NCBI GenBank assembly: GCA_028534125.1 | Contig: CM052817.1 | Location: 17,672,001 to 17,736,000 of the forward strand | Length of the DNA: 64,000 nucleotides | Source of the DNA: Lama glama | Lineage: Eukaryota | Direction: 5' to 3' | Part shown: in pieces, positions 37,969-50,884 of the stretch | Position numbering within the stretch: position 1 is the first letter of the stretch | Layout: each line of letters opens with the position of its first letter | The notes under the pieces: generated by a model | Database searches by the model: none | Seen by the model: only the letters and a program-made list of their open reading frames with translations | Told to the model about the DNA's origin: nothing | Made by a program: the position numbers and the translations under genes

Positions 37969-38809
37969 AAAGCAAATTCATATTCAATGAGTTATATACT
38001 AAATTTTCAGAAATTGGAGACTTCACATATGCTATCTAGATTTTATGTAGACTTTGAATAAAGTCTTTAATCCCATCTTTATTTGAAGAACATCCTGACA
38101 TCAAAAGGTGACTATTTATAAAAATTGTTGCCATTTGCAATTACATTTATATCCAAATCAGACTTGTTTTGCTATTTATTGAGTAACCAAAGCTAAATAC
38201 AGAAATACATTGGAGGATGAGGCTGTAACTATTTTCCATTAAGTCCTATGTCTAACTGTTTTTGTTAAACAAAAACAGCTCCTTGAAATGACATTATAAT
38301 GAGGAGCTTTAGTTTTAACATATAAAAAAACGATTTATGCTAAAAATGCCATTTTAATCTATTTTGGGATACTGTTGAGAACCCATTGCTTAAAAAAATA
38401 AAGTTTGAAACCACTCAACTACATCATTTTAAAATTCTCTCTGGCTTATTTATTGTTGTAATTATAAAATATTTAGTGTTTAAAAAAGATTTATAATCTG
38501 TGGGTTGCTTTAGCAGCCAATGAAAAAATATAATATAAGCGAGATGTATATTTATCTTCAGAATAGGGAAATCAAAAAGATAGAAATATCCAATAAGTCT
38601 ATCCCCTACCTTCAACTGGCTACAAGTAAATCATAGACATTAGACTCCTAATTTCTTAAGGTCTGGACAGAAGAGTTATGCTAATTTAATAGTTCTTAGT
38701 CTTGGTCTTATAATGTTATTTCTTAAAACCCTTTTGTTCTAATTTAATCTTCCTTTTCTGAGTTACAGAGCTCTTTCAAAGAAAGAGCTTCATCCTTTCC
38801 AAGTTATCC

Positions 38810-38925
38810 AGACCAGGGAGGGCCTCCCTCCCATAAATTTCCATGCAAACGTGATGTGTATGTGTTTATCTAGGAAGAAGGTCATCGTTTTATCAAATTC
38901 TCAAGGGATTTATGAGACATAAATA
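38810..38925. mobile_element. MER103-like hAT-Charlie fragment
   Basis: ggaagaaggtcatcgttttatcaaattctcaagggatttatgagac. Confidence 0.5.
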
Positions 38926-39774
38926 ATTGCCTTCATCCTTAATCCTCCTTTTCTTTTTGCTAATGTAAATCTTGCCTATGAATCATCTAAAAAGGAATTC
39001 TGCTACAGACAGTACGATCGGGTCACCAAGAGAAGTAAATCCTTGAAAAAGAACACGTCCATGTCCCGTGCATTTATCTCTTCTGGGAGAAAATGTCAAC
39101 ACTATGTTAAAATCCCCATGCTACTATGAGATTGCACTTGTATTTTATTTTCCAGTTTCTAGTTGAATATGAGAACATGAACCAAAATCATCTGAGGAAA
39201 ACAAAAACAAAATAAACTAATACAAGAGACAGAGAGTTGAATGATAGATTTCATATTCAAATACATATCCAAGAAATTTAAGTGATAACATATCAAATGA
39301 GCTTGATCTATTTCTTGACAGTTTGACATTATAGTAGAAGGAAATACTTAGTTGAGACCAGGAAAACATTGCTCTTTCGTTCCTTAAATGTCGACTCTGA
39401 TTTTTTTAAAATAAAGATCTCTTATAGGATTTTCTAAAGCAAAAGGAGTCAGAAGCTATTGATTTTCTCTTCTTTCCTACTAAATGCATTTAAATAAGCT
39501 TTTTAATGCAGTGATTTTGGTGGTTTGGTAAGACATCCAGAAGATTTAAGTCAGAGGTAAATGTTGAATAGGTCACCCTACTCCAACATATTCATTTTCT
39601 CATAATACCCAAATTAATCAATATATCCAAATTAAAGGATTAAATATAGTCATGACTATTAAAAGCACCTCTCAGACTGGAAAGTTCTGTTGAATAGTAC
39701 TTATTCAACTGTTGTATTATGCTACCTACAAAATCCCAAAGTGAGAAACAAGGCTTGAAGAGAAAAAAGCTTAC

Positions 39775-39884
39775 AGAATACAGGGCTACTGGCTTCACAC
39801 TCATCGGAACAAACTATAGTGCATTTCCTTAATAGCTGTGTTGTCGGGTTTGTAAAGGTTGTCTTCTGCTTACTAACTAACCCC
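39775..39884 (-). ncRNA. Candidate internal exon (110 nt)
   Basis: Weak acceptor ttactgtag| and donor TCT|gtaagc; next acceptor ttttctcccag| at 39082. Confidence 0.2.
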
Positions 39885-41665
39885 CTACAGTAATTAAGAT
39901 TTTTCAGCCCTCCGACTTCATACTTAGTGGAAATAAATTCTGGTTTTGCAACTAACAACTATTTGGTTAAAAATTGACATTACCAAGTCGAGACTGTCCC
40001 AAAGTATCATATCTGGTTCATATCAACTTATATTTTCTGTTTCATTTGGGATGAGAAAGCCTATTGTGTAGCCTTTATCCCTAGAGCAAGTTAAGCTTAA
40101 ATATTCCTTCAAACATGGATCTCTGTGACCAGACTCTAGAAAGGCATTTCTGCATAGCATCCACACCCCCAGAAAAGTGTTCTGAAGCCCCAAACCACCA
40201 CTACTATGGTGATGCCCAGGCCCTGGTGATCTGGAACTAACAGGATCTGCCACCTTCTTTCAGTTCTCTATTGCTGCATAACCAATCAGCCCCAACTTTT
40301 ACCATAAACATTTACTAGCTCTACCCCTCTTCATTCCACCTGTCTCCAGTACAGGAACAGCCGTATCTCTATCAGTAGATGTGGTAAAATCCCCCACTAT
40401 CATTTCAGAGAGTCTGCTCCAAGATCTGTCTTGACATTTTAGCAAACAAATATTACAGCCTGGTTCTTTCCACAGCTTGCAAAGAGAGACTGTGAGAGAA
40501 GGGAGGTGGCTATAATTTGGTGGCCAAAGACAAACATTATTATCTATAGTATATATGTTATCCACGGTAGTGGCTCCGTGGGTCATGATTGCCATCAACT
40601 CTGAAGTCCTCACTGAACCCCTATGTAAAAATAGCATGTTACCAAATGCAGATTCCAGAAAAATCCCCAGCACCATCTTCCACCCAGATTGCTACCTCCT
40701 CAATCTTCTCTTACACAGAAATTCTAGAGCCATCCTTGCTTGAATATAAATTATTACATGTATTTCCAGAGCTTAGCACAGCTTCTGATGCTAGTTTGTT
40801 GCATATGTGAACAAAATTACCCACTAAGAGTCCATTTAAGAGTTTATTCTAAAATCTTCAAAGTATTTTCTTGTTTTATCCTAGTATAGTAATTTCAAAG
40901 ACTGCCTTTAGTCATCACTCTGGGAAAGTGATTATAGAACATGTACTGTGGGCTCTTGGCTAAATATATTTTTCTATCTTACATGTGATCTCTCTGTCCC
41001 CCAATATCCCATAATTCATTGTTCTGATTGTGCATAGAACATCCTGTTTCTACCAGATTGTGAGGACTTTAAGGGCTGGAATTTGGAGTTAATCTTCTTT
41101 GATTCTGTACGGTATCTTACAAACAAGCAGGTGTTTACATCAACATTAATTCAGTTTGTGTAATTTCCTTATCTGAGGGGCATCCTTTCTTTTGTAAAAC
41201 GATGTTGTAAGCTAAAAACTCTAGTTGGCATGTTTTCAAGTGAAGAAAAGCCAAGGAAAAATAGCATGGTCTGGCAGGAAAAAGTGAGTATTGGTTTTGA
41301 ACCATTTCACCCGTATTCTTAGATCTCTGCTCAAAAACAAAGGAGCTTTTCAGATCATTAAGAACAGAAAAGAAAGAAAGGAAAAGGAAGATGACATAAA
41401 ATGGAAGAAGATGACTAGGGAAGGGTCTAGCCCTAATTTTGCCATTCACTTAAATGTCCTTGAGCATCTCATTTAACTTCTCTGCTTCAGTTTTCCCTCT
41501 GCACAATGAGGGAGTTGAACCACATGACTCTGATGTGATTTCCAATGCAATGATTCTAAGGTGTTGGGACACTAGAATTTCCTTTAATAACAACATCTGG
41601 GAAGAGCAAGTTCTGCTATTTGTCCTCACAGTGTTCTCCAAGAGGATAGACAGGTAACTGTAGAC

Positions 41666-42233
41666 ATTTTATCAGTTACCTATTGCAGTGTGACAAAGTA
41701 CCCACAAATTTAGGAGCTTTAAGCAAGAATGCACATTTATTCTCTTACTGAGTTTCTGAGGGTCAGGAATCCGGAAGTGGCTTAGCTGCGTGGTTCTGAC
41801 TTGGGAATCTCTCAGGAGTTTGTAGTTAAGAAATTGTTTGGGGGTTCAGGCTTCTGAAAACTTGACTGAGGCCAAAGGGTTGGTTTCCAAGATGGCACAC
41901 TCACATGGCTGTTGGCAAGAAAGAGACTTGAGCTGTTCATCACATGGCCTTCCCTGTAGGGCTTCTTAAATAGTCTCAGGACTTGGCAACTGGCTTCACC
42001 CGTTCATGAGTGATCTAAGAGTGAGAGCAAAAAGGAAGCCACAAAGTTTTTAATGACCCAGTCTTGCAAGTCACTCTGTCACGTCTGGCACATTCTATCT
42101 GCTGGAAACAAGTTACTAAACACAGCCGACACTCTTACGGAAAAGAAATGAAGCTCGACCTCTTAAAAGGAGGGGTATCAACAAATTTGTGAATTTACTT
42201 ATGAATTTGTGAACTTGTTTGAAAACCCCCACA
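41666..42233 (-). mobile_element. MLT1 (F/G-like) solo LTR
   Basis: atcagttacctattgc..gggtcaggaatccggaagtggcttagctg..ttccaagatggcacactcacatggctgttggca..gaatttgtgaacttgtttgaaaacccccaca. Confidence 0.9.
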
Positions 42234-42314
42234 AATATCACGTGCCATTTAAAGTAGACTGGACCAGCACTGCAAGGGTATGGAAGTCAGAGCAAGGAAC
42301 ATTTCTAGGGTGAC

Positions 42315-42515
42315 TCACTGTTTAGAAAGCGTATTCCCATGTTTTCTCAAGTTTGGTTGTCCCAACAACCCAGTGGATTGACAACATTAATATCCCCATT
42401 TAGAAATTAGGAAATGAAGACTAGGTGATTTTTATCAGGTTATTCAGCAAGTGAGTTGTGTAGCTGGGAATGAAAACCAGGTTTTCTGACACAAAACACA
42501 AGCTCTTTTCACAAC
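42315..42515 (-). mobile_element. MIR SINE
   Basis: cccaacaacccagtgg..atccccatttagaaattaggaaatgaagact..gctgggaatgaaaaccagg. Confidence 0.7.
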
Positions 42516-43140
42516 CCTTCAAATGGGAAAATTGGCAAAAAGGCCTTTGCACCGACAAGTGTCCCTGGTGAGTTTGACTATTCTTTACTGCCTACTATTT
42601 TTCCTGTTTTATTAATTTCAGTATATATTGTCAATTTACATACTTCTAAAATTACTTGAGGCAGTTTGCAAATGAAGTATTTAGGAAGAAAGTAGGAGGA
42701 GTAAATACTTCTAGGCACCAGAGTTGATCAGATTACCACACTTGGCAATGACTTCGGTTCGCATTTTTCTGGCAGGGAAGGTGGAGAGAAACATGATAGG
42801 TTACAGGGTTTCACTTTCTGACAAGCGTGAGCATACAAGTTATCATCGCCCAAAACCAAGTTCAAGAAGGAATTTAGCACATGGATCTGTGTAGAGATAA
42901 CGCCACTTGACATCGTGGTCAGTATCTTCAATCCTGCTTGTATGGAAGACAGTCTCATTTTCAATCCTGTATATATACACAGAGAGGACATACATCACCT
43001 TTAACTTGATGAATATATTTGAGCAAGAGGCTAAGGAAAACATGGCCAGGGCACATCGTCTTCTAATTCCTTTATAAATTAAGAAATGGTACTTGGAGAA
43101 TATACATGAAAAATGGTTAATCTGTCTGCTGGACTATCTT

Positions 43141-43253
43141 TAAAAAATTTTTTTTTTAAATTTTTCTTTTTTAATGGAGGTACTGAGATTGAACCCAGAA
43201 CCTCGTGCGTGCTAAGCATGCAATCTAACCCCGAGCTATATACCCTCCCCACC
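43141..43253 (-). mobile_element. Camelid SINE (Vic-1 type, short form)
   Basis: Perfect TSD gctggactatctt at 43128-43140 and 43254-43266. Confidence 0.92.
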
Positions 43254-44519
43254 GCTGGACTATCTTAAGTATCAGGAATCATAAGTGAGGCTGCTTGAAA
43301 TACCTGCTAAATCTCATTTCTTTGTCTTCACATCCTCTAATGTTCTATCTTGTCAATTAAATGAAGGGTTTCAGCTATCTGCTATAAGGGAGCAAGGAAC
43401 ACTAATACAATGTTATAGAAAAATGTGAAGTAAGTTGGACCACATGAACTCTAAAGTCCCTTTCTGGGTACAAATGCTGCAATTCTGTGACTTTAAGGGT
43501 GAGATACCAATATGCACTCTTGTCCTCATGGAGAGCCAGCCCACTTTGACCTGGGTGTGAGAAGCTATGCTGCCAAAAGCCTTGGCCAATTTTTTCCCCA
43601 AAAGGAATTTCAAGTATATCCAAGCTCCTGTGTTAGTGACTGATTGAAACCAAAGCTTTATGCCACATGACATAGGATCCTGGAAGAGATAACTTCAGCC
43701 TGAAAAAAAGTTCAGGCAGGTGCAAGCAGCTGTCCAGTCCTGCTATAAAAGAACTCAAGTTTAGCTCCAGTGATAATGTGCCTTCTTCCAAGTACTCTGG
43801 TCCTGTCAGTATCTCTCCATTCAGCTGAAAAGTACACTCTAAATACTCACCCCAAAGAACAGGACTCTGTATACTCTGATTTAGATATCATAGTACTTAT
43901 AAATATTTCTATTTATTAATGGGAATCCTCCTTCCAGAATAGAATTGTGAATGAAATGCATAAAAATTAATAGCCCTTATTTCTGTTTAAAACCAGTCTG
44001 TCTTCCTTCAATGAAGTAGGTAGATAATAAAGTAAATAATCCTTTAGTTAAAAAAATAAAAAGCATTCTTCTTGAACACTATTTATGTGCCCTGAGCAAA
44101 TAGATACTCACTTACAAGGTTTTGCTTTCTGTTTATTACCTATGTTTCCATAATACTTGGTTGAGAAGTGTTGCAGAGACAAAATGAATGTGCATGGGAA
44201 AAGAAAAAAGAAATGAGTGTTACTCTTTGTGCAATAATCCAGGGTCCAGAAAAGGAGGCAATTAGCGTGGAGAAGCTACTTGTCAGACTGACTAGTATAC
44301 TTAGATGCTCTTCTGGTCCACTGGCCAACATCTGCATTAGCCTTAACAATGCGTTGCCTTTCTGATTTAATAGGACATTGTTCAGCATAATCTTTTTTTT
44401 ATATCAAATAGAATTGTGAGTATTAATTTTCATGGCATATAGAAAACTCCAAAAGTTGGAAAACTATTGGGAAGATGTTATGAAAAGTTGTCATTTAGAG
44501 TAACAGAAGAGGCTTAACA

Positions 44520-45600
44520 ATCATACAACTTCAGAGCAACGGGGAAAATGAAAACATTAAATTGTGATGGGGAAAAGTCTATCAGGAAATTGTGTGAACT
44601 GAACAAATATTTACCGAGAAGAAAAGCTAGTGAAAGTCCTTCTGAGCAGATAGAAGGAGTGGCAAGGCAAGGAGGTCTTCCTGCATTCAGGAAGGAAAGA
44701 CATTTGAATATAGCTGGAGCCCAGAACTCTGGGAAGGGAGTGAGAATGGGAGGAAAGGCTGGAGACAGGGGCAGAAGCCACACCTTGTAGAGCCTCACAG
44801 GCCTGCTAGGGGTCCTCTCTGGCTCAGCCTGGACCCCTTATCAGGCCTGCGTCAGTCAGCTCTCAGCATCCTCCTTTCTACATTGGCTGCAGGCCCCCGG
44901 GGCTCTGCTAGCTTTCTTCCCTCTGATAGCAATCGCCACCCACCCTTTCTCTTGCCTCTGGAAGGGAGTGTCCTCAGCTCCCAGCGTCTGTGTATCCTGG
45001 AGGACAGCACACAGCTTTGGTGGTGAAAGGATTTTCCATGCTAATTACAATGACAAAATGCTTGAGGAATAAGAAAAGTAACAGACTTGTATATGGGAAG
45101 TTTTAAACTTAAAAGTAACATGATTTGATTTACATTTTTGAGAGGTCACTTGGGATATCCTGCAGAGAATGGATTGTAGGGGGTAGTGGGTAGAGGAGAA
45201 GGAGGGAGAAGGTGGGAAGGCAGTGCAGGTACCTAGAAAGAGGTGATGGTGCCCTGAACTAGGATGTAATGGGCAGATGGTAAAAATTATTACATGTAGG
45301 GTACAGTTTGAAGATAGAACCCACAGGACTTGCCGATGGACTGCATAGGGTTGATGACAAGAAGACAGGAATCGAAGCTGAACCACTGAGTGGGGGAGGG
45401 TGTAGCTCAAGTGGTAAAGCACATGCCTAGCTTGCAGGAGGTCCTAAGTTCAATCCCCAGCACCTCCTCCAAAAATACACAAACCCAGTTACCTCCCTCA
45501 CCCCTGCCAAGATAAAATAATCAAATAGTGCAACAGTAAGTTAAAAAATAAAATAAAATAAAAAGATGAACCATTGAGCACCTAGATAGGTGTTGCCCTG
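44520..45600 (-). mobile_element. L2 fragments, interrupted by a GC-richer possible ERVL-LTR piece (about 44805-45030) and a SINE
   Basis: atagctggagcccagaac..gggaggaaaggctggagacagggg..ccttgtag; acatgatttgatttacatttttgagaggtcact..ccacaggacttgccgatggactg. Confidence 0.7.
45391..45562 (+). mobile_element. Camelid SINE (Vic-1 type, long form)
   Basis: gggggagggtgtagctcaagtggta; TSD aagctgaaccactgag/aagatgaaccattgag. Confidence 0.92.
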
Positions 45601-46563
45601 CTCACCAGGCTTTGCCCTTCCAAGCTATGAGCCTTTCTACACATCTCCTTTAACTGAGTAGCTTTGGGCTTTGGGATGAAGTGCTGTAAATAACTGAAAA
45701 CATTTAAGTAGGGAAATGACAAGTTCATTTTTTCTCCTCTTCCATTAGGCTTACATTTCCTCCATCAGAATGACTTTGTTGGGTGAGATGACAAGTGTGG
45801 CTGCTATCCAGGAGGAAAGGGTGTGAGTGTGGATGTGTGTGGGTGCACACATGTATGGGGAAGAAAAGCGCTCCTTCCCCCATTCACAGTGTAAATTGCT
45901 TTATCTGTCTCATCTTTTTAGACAGCAGGGAGTTGGCTCTGATGTGATGGAGCACAGGACAGAACACTGATGAGATAAGGGTGAGAGAAAATGCTGACAG
46001 CAGCAGAGGAGGTAGCAGGTGAGGGATTCCAAAGGCCCACTTTACCCTCCTATACCCACTTCTCAGAATTGGTTCTATGAAAAAGGCAAGTCAGCTGGAG
46101 GTCCCTTCCACCCTTGTTGGCCAGGCTGCATCAAGGAATCAATCACAGAGCTGATTTGGGGCTCAAAGGAAGGGCAATGGTTATAGGTGTTCACCACCTT
46201 GGTCCCTGCTCGTCCAATAATTATACAATTCAAGGATGTCTGAAGGGAAAGGAGCCCCTTAAGGAATTCCTGAGCCTTTCTGCTGGGCTCACATTCAGAC
46301 TGTGGTGCTGGAGAGTTACCCCAGGGGCGCAATTAGAGGAATAGTGTAACCATATAACCACAGTAAATCACTTCACCCTTGTGATGCTTATTTGATATCA
46401 GTAATTGAGAAAACAGATTTTACTCCATTTAGAACTGTTATAACACCTGAATGAATGAGCCCAGAGGAGTCCAGAAGGGTGCAGTGGAGTGAAAGTGTTC
46501 CCTCTGCCTCCACTGAAGAGCCTTCCTTTGAGTCTATCTTGAGTGGAGTTTAGAGGAACTAAC

Positions 46564-46629
46564 TGGACGCCTTGAAATGGCAGCTTCTGTAATCGCCAGT
46601 CGTGGCATGGCTTCCTGATGTCGTTGCTT
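46564..46629 (-). ncRNA. Candidate internal exon (66 nt)
   Basis: Acceptor atcttttctattctacag| and weaker donor CCA|gttagt; locally CpG-retaining. Confidence 0.28.
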
Positions 46630-47396
46630 CTGTAGAATAGAAAAGATGCTCATATTGAGCACAGTGATCTCCCATTATAATTACAGGAACACAAAACTAT
46701 TAGTCGCATCCCTACCTACCCCGCCCCTGACAAGGCTCTTTTTCTTCAGCACTAGAGAGCTGGGAGTAGAACTGGGCCTGAAACTCAGCTGTTGAATGTA
46801 GCTGCTAAGTCTGAAGTTGTGCATGATGTCCCTGTGTCAGAGCAATGTTAGTCAGGCTCAGTGGCAGTCTAGTGGCTTAGGGAAGAAAAGCACTAGAGCA
46901 TTTATTTACTCATCTGTTCTCCACTCTACTTCATAAATGTTTTAAGGAAGCTGCTACATACAAACTATTAGAATCTTACTCTTTACCCTGATGAATGACA
47001 AATGATTTTATTTTAACCAGTGACATTAATGTTTACATTCTATTTTCTCCCAAGTAGAATATTTTCCTTTGCACCTAATACAAGCTTCATATTTGCAGTT
47101 GGCTACCTACCACACCCTCTCTGAAAATCAAGGTCACAATAAAAGAAAGAGCATTCTGTTAACAAGCAACATCCATTTAAAATAGCAATACTGCTTTCAA
47201 GGTTCTGTCATTATTCAGACAGGCACTCAAGGCGATCACTTCCTTGGATCACTTTCTTGGCACACATAGAAGTCCAAATGTAAGATGTATTCTGTGGGCA
47301 ACTGTCTGCTTATTTTCCTTTCTAGACAAGTGGTTAACCCGTGTTGAATATCCTGTGTTTATAGAATTCCAGAAAGGTTATGTCATAGAAATCACT

Positions 47397-47449
47397 GGTG
47401 TATGTGTGTGTATGCGTACGTGTGAGAGACAGAGAGAGACAGAGAGAGA
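47397..47449 (+). repeat. Imperfect (TG)n-(AG)n compound microsatellite
   Basis: gtgtatgtgtgtgtatgcgtacgtgtgagagacagagagagacagagagaga. Confidence 0.8.
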
Positions 47450-47707
47450 TTTTTGGAGAGAATGTAAACTGAAACATCTTGAGGAGAAACCCATCGGTGT
47501 ATAGTGAGTGACTGAGAATGTCCACAGAGGATGCCGGCCTTCACTTCCATGTGTTGCTTATTGTGTGCACTATTTTTGGTTTTATAAGCAGGAGAATAAA
47601 AGGATACACCCAAGTGGCAACAGGTGAAAAAAAACAAAAAACAACTAAAGTTAGTCATATCAGTTTATTAAGTCTATCACTTGTAAAGTTAAAAAACTTC
47701 TTGGAGT

Positions 47708-47855
47708 GGGGAGATTATAGCTCAGTGGTAGAGTGCCTGCTTAGCATGCAAAAAGTCCTGGGTTCAATCCTGAGTACCCCCATTAATAAGTAAATAGATA
47801 AATAAACCTAATTACCTTCCCCACAAAAAAAAAAAACCCAAACAACAACAAAAAC
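47708..47855 (+). mobile_element. Camelid SINE (Vic-1 type, long form)
   Basis: tatagctcagtggtagagtgcctgcttagcatgc..gggttcaatcc..aataaacctaattacc; TSD cttcttg(g/a)agt. Confidence 0.92.
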
Positions 47856-48154
47856 ACCTTCTTGAAGTCATAATCAGATGCAAAAAGCCTTAATTTACAT
47901 TAAAAAACTTCAATTCATTTTTGTTATAAAATCTCTCAGGGTTCTTAAATGAGCCTCAGCTTCTAAAATAAACAGAGCGTATGAAGGAAAAAAATAGAAT
48001 TTATTAGAAGGAAAAAGTCCCAGAGGAGCATTTATATTTTTAACATTGCCTTAAATTGAAAGAAAAATGTTATTACATGGTTTATCCCCATGAACTTAAC
48101 TACTTTTTTGGGGGAAGAGTGCTATTTTAAATTCAGGGCTTTGTTTCTGATTTT

Positions 48155-48260
48155 ATTTTTATTTAAAAAAAAATTTTTTATAACAGAGGTACTGGGGATT
48201 GAACCCAGGACCTCACGGATGCTAAGCATGCGCTCTACCACTGAGCTACACCTACTCCCT
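48155..48260 (-). mobile_element. Camelid SINE (Vic-1 type, short form)
   Basis: gaggtactggggattgaacccaggacctcacggatgctaagcatgcgctctaccactgagctacacc; TSD tttctg(a/g)tttta. Confidence 0.92.
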
Positions 48261-49303
48261 CGTTTCATTTCTGGTTTTAAAATCACAATTAGCATAATCA
48301 CTAAAGAAAATGTTTCTCCTGATATCCAAAAAACAGCTTAATGTTTTAATTTATCCAAACTACCAACTGAATGCTACAGGCCATTTTGAAAACCTTCCCT
48401 AATCCTTGGAAATATCATGCTTTCTGTTATGTATTTTCAATCACTAATCCCCGGAAAAAACATACCTTCTCTCATTTTCTATTCAATGTTTGCTATTGTT
48501 GTAATCTAAGTAGGGTCTCTTTGTGAAAATGAAAAACCCACAATTGAGTCTTACATCCTGTGGTCTTGGAATTTTAAAATTTCATTCAAAACACACATTA
48601 TAAACAAAGTCTCCCAAATGACCATCTAGAGAGGAATGTGGCAAAAATCCAGGAACTATTGTAATATTTGGAACTAGCATAAGCACAAATAATCAGTATG
48701 TTTTTTTCAAGGGGGGATTAAGGGTTACAGTTTTACAAACCCTACAGAGGATTTACACGAGATGGGCAAAGCTAAATTCCAGACTCGTTATGTGTTTCCA
48801 AAAGTAACCAAACCCGTTACGGTGAATGAAGAGGAAGAAGCATTAAAAGGACCTTCTTGATAACTAATATTTGTTCAATATAACCATAATTTGAGGAAAC
48901 ATTCTGGCTTATACATTCCTATAAAACTCAAGTTCAAAGCTGTACGCTTGACAGGCAGTTCTTTAACACGTTAGTTAGGTGATTATTAACAGTGGAGACG
49001 ATTCAGGGTGGGAGGGCGTGGTAGAAGGAACGACAATGGACAACACCAAAAATGATGTCACCAAGTCAGGAAAATCCAAATTTTAGAGGCAGGAAGACCA
49101 GTGGAGTTATTGAAACACAAAGTAAGATTCTGAAAAAGCACTTTTAAGAAGTAAATCTGTCAAATGGATTGAAGTAGAATTAAGACTAACCATTTTAGAG
49201 GCATTTAAAATTGAAACTTGTAAGAGAAAAGTTAGGGCAGTGAAAACTGTATTATTATCTGAAAATATGCAACCTGTCCTGTAGAAACATCATGTTTCCC
49301 TCT

Positions 49304-49317
49304 AGAAAAAGAAAGAA

Positions 49318-49373
<56 letters not shown>

Positions 49374-49410
49374 GAAAGAGAAAGAAAGAGGGAGGGAGGA
49401 AGAGAGAGAG

Positions 49411-49485
<75 letters not shown>

Positions 49486-49521
49486 GGAAGGAAGAAAGGA
49501 AGAAAGAAAGGAAGAAAAGAA
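49304..49521 (+). repeat. (GAAA)n compound microsatellite, 218-bp pure purine tract
   Basis: Two (GAAA)n arrays around a GGGA/GA core; no pyrimidine on the + strand. Confidence 0.97.
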
Positions 49522-49741
49522 CTCCAAAAAAGGAATGAGGTAATGAACTAGAGATAAACTATTTAGGGACAGGGCAGGGGAGAGAGAATCAACTAAGATG
49601 CTGGAAACCAGTCACATTTCAAAACGATTCTTCTTGGCAAAGTTGATGTACTATCTTTAAGTGTTTCTCATTTTACACCTCAGTTGTTGGGGTCTACTAA
49701 TTTATAAATTCTTCTAAACCTGCTTAGAAGAACATCCTTAC

Positions 49742-49803
49742 CTAGAGGATTCACCCTAAATTTCATGCTATTTTCAATAGCATTATTAACGCCTAATGTA
49801 GAT
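49742..49803 (-). ncRNA. Candidate internal exon (62 nt)
   Basis: Acceptor tgtcggtgtctgcag| and donor TAG|gtaagg. Confidence 0.3.
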
Positions 49804-50374
49804 CTGCAGACACCGACAGTATCTAATTATTATTATTATTTTTTTGCCTGTAGATAGTTGAATGTGAGTAGATTTTACCACCTCCATAGTGTTTCAGTTT
49901 CAGTTTTAACACACCGTTCTGAGAAACTTTTATGAACTAATATAGCATTTTAGGCTGTTTTGCTTTTAATCATCATGAAAAGGCATCAATTCACTGGGCA
50001 GAACAAAGGAAAAAGATTTTCTTTATTTAAATGATACGAATTTTATAGCACACAAACAGGAATTACATTATCCTGACAAACAACAAACTGCTTCTCAGAA
50101 ATGATAGTTATGACTGCTTTTAAAATAACATAGTAATCACTCCCCTTCTAAATAGATAATTATTTCTGAATATTAGCTCTGATAATACATGACCTAACAG
50201 GCAAAATGAAATGGGAAGTTACGTATTGTAAATTTTTTTAAATGATGCTCTAACACTTATGACAAACCTCAACATACTGCCACTCCTTTCACAGTAAATT
50301 TTTTTTCTTTTTAGTGAAAACACTTAATGAAGAAGCAATGTTTCTGGAGGAGTAAAAATAGCATGAAATTATAG

Positions 50375-50620
50375 GTTATCCAGTATACGTAAAAGAGTTC
50401 TTGACTTGAAGGCAGAAAGATGGCATCAAATCTGGTTTGTCCACTTCTGACCCAGGTGTCCTTGGGCAAATCACCTGAAATTTGGGAGTTTCACTTCCTT
50501 CACCTATAAATAGGGATAAAAACCATCTAACAGCACTTGGTCAGGGGTAAGAGTTGGCGGGTGGATTATAATGTGAATAGCTGGTAAGAGGCTTTGCCCA
50601 TTTGTAATTGGCACTGAGAA
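50375..50620 (+). mobile_element. MIR SINE
   Basis: ggtgtccttgggcaaatcacctgaa..gagtttcacttccttcacctataaatagggataa. Confidence 0.7.
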
Positions 50621-50884
50621 TTTGAATGCTCATCACTTTCCTTTTCCTATGTAAACTTCACCAAAGAAAGGTAGAAATATCCAAGTCTATACTTTTGAAA
50701 GGCCTTGGTATCTACATCCTGCTAGAGTCTAAGAGTAAGCTTAAAATTGTAAAGGTTGTTGCTCTCTACTTGTATTGTTTGAAAACCTTTTAAAAAGAAA
50801 TTACACAATTGAAGCACTTGGAGCAGTTTAAGCACAATGAAAGGAATTTACCATGAAGAGGGCAGTTGATCTGAATAAAGTCAG

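Noticed and set aside
39871..39890. Perfect TACTAAC branch point with a plus-strand acceptor
   Set aside because: Branch point is only about 13 nt from the AG, and no matching donor or exon follows
49255..49543. K/E/R-rich and F/L/S-rich ORFs
   Set aside because: Translations of the (GAAA)n microsatellite on both strands
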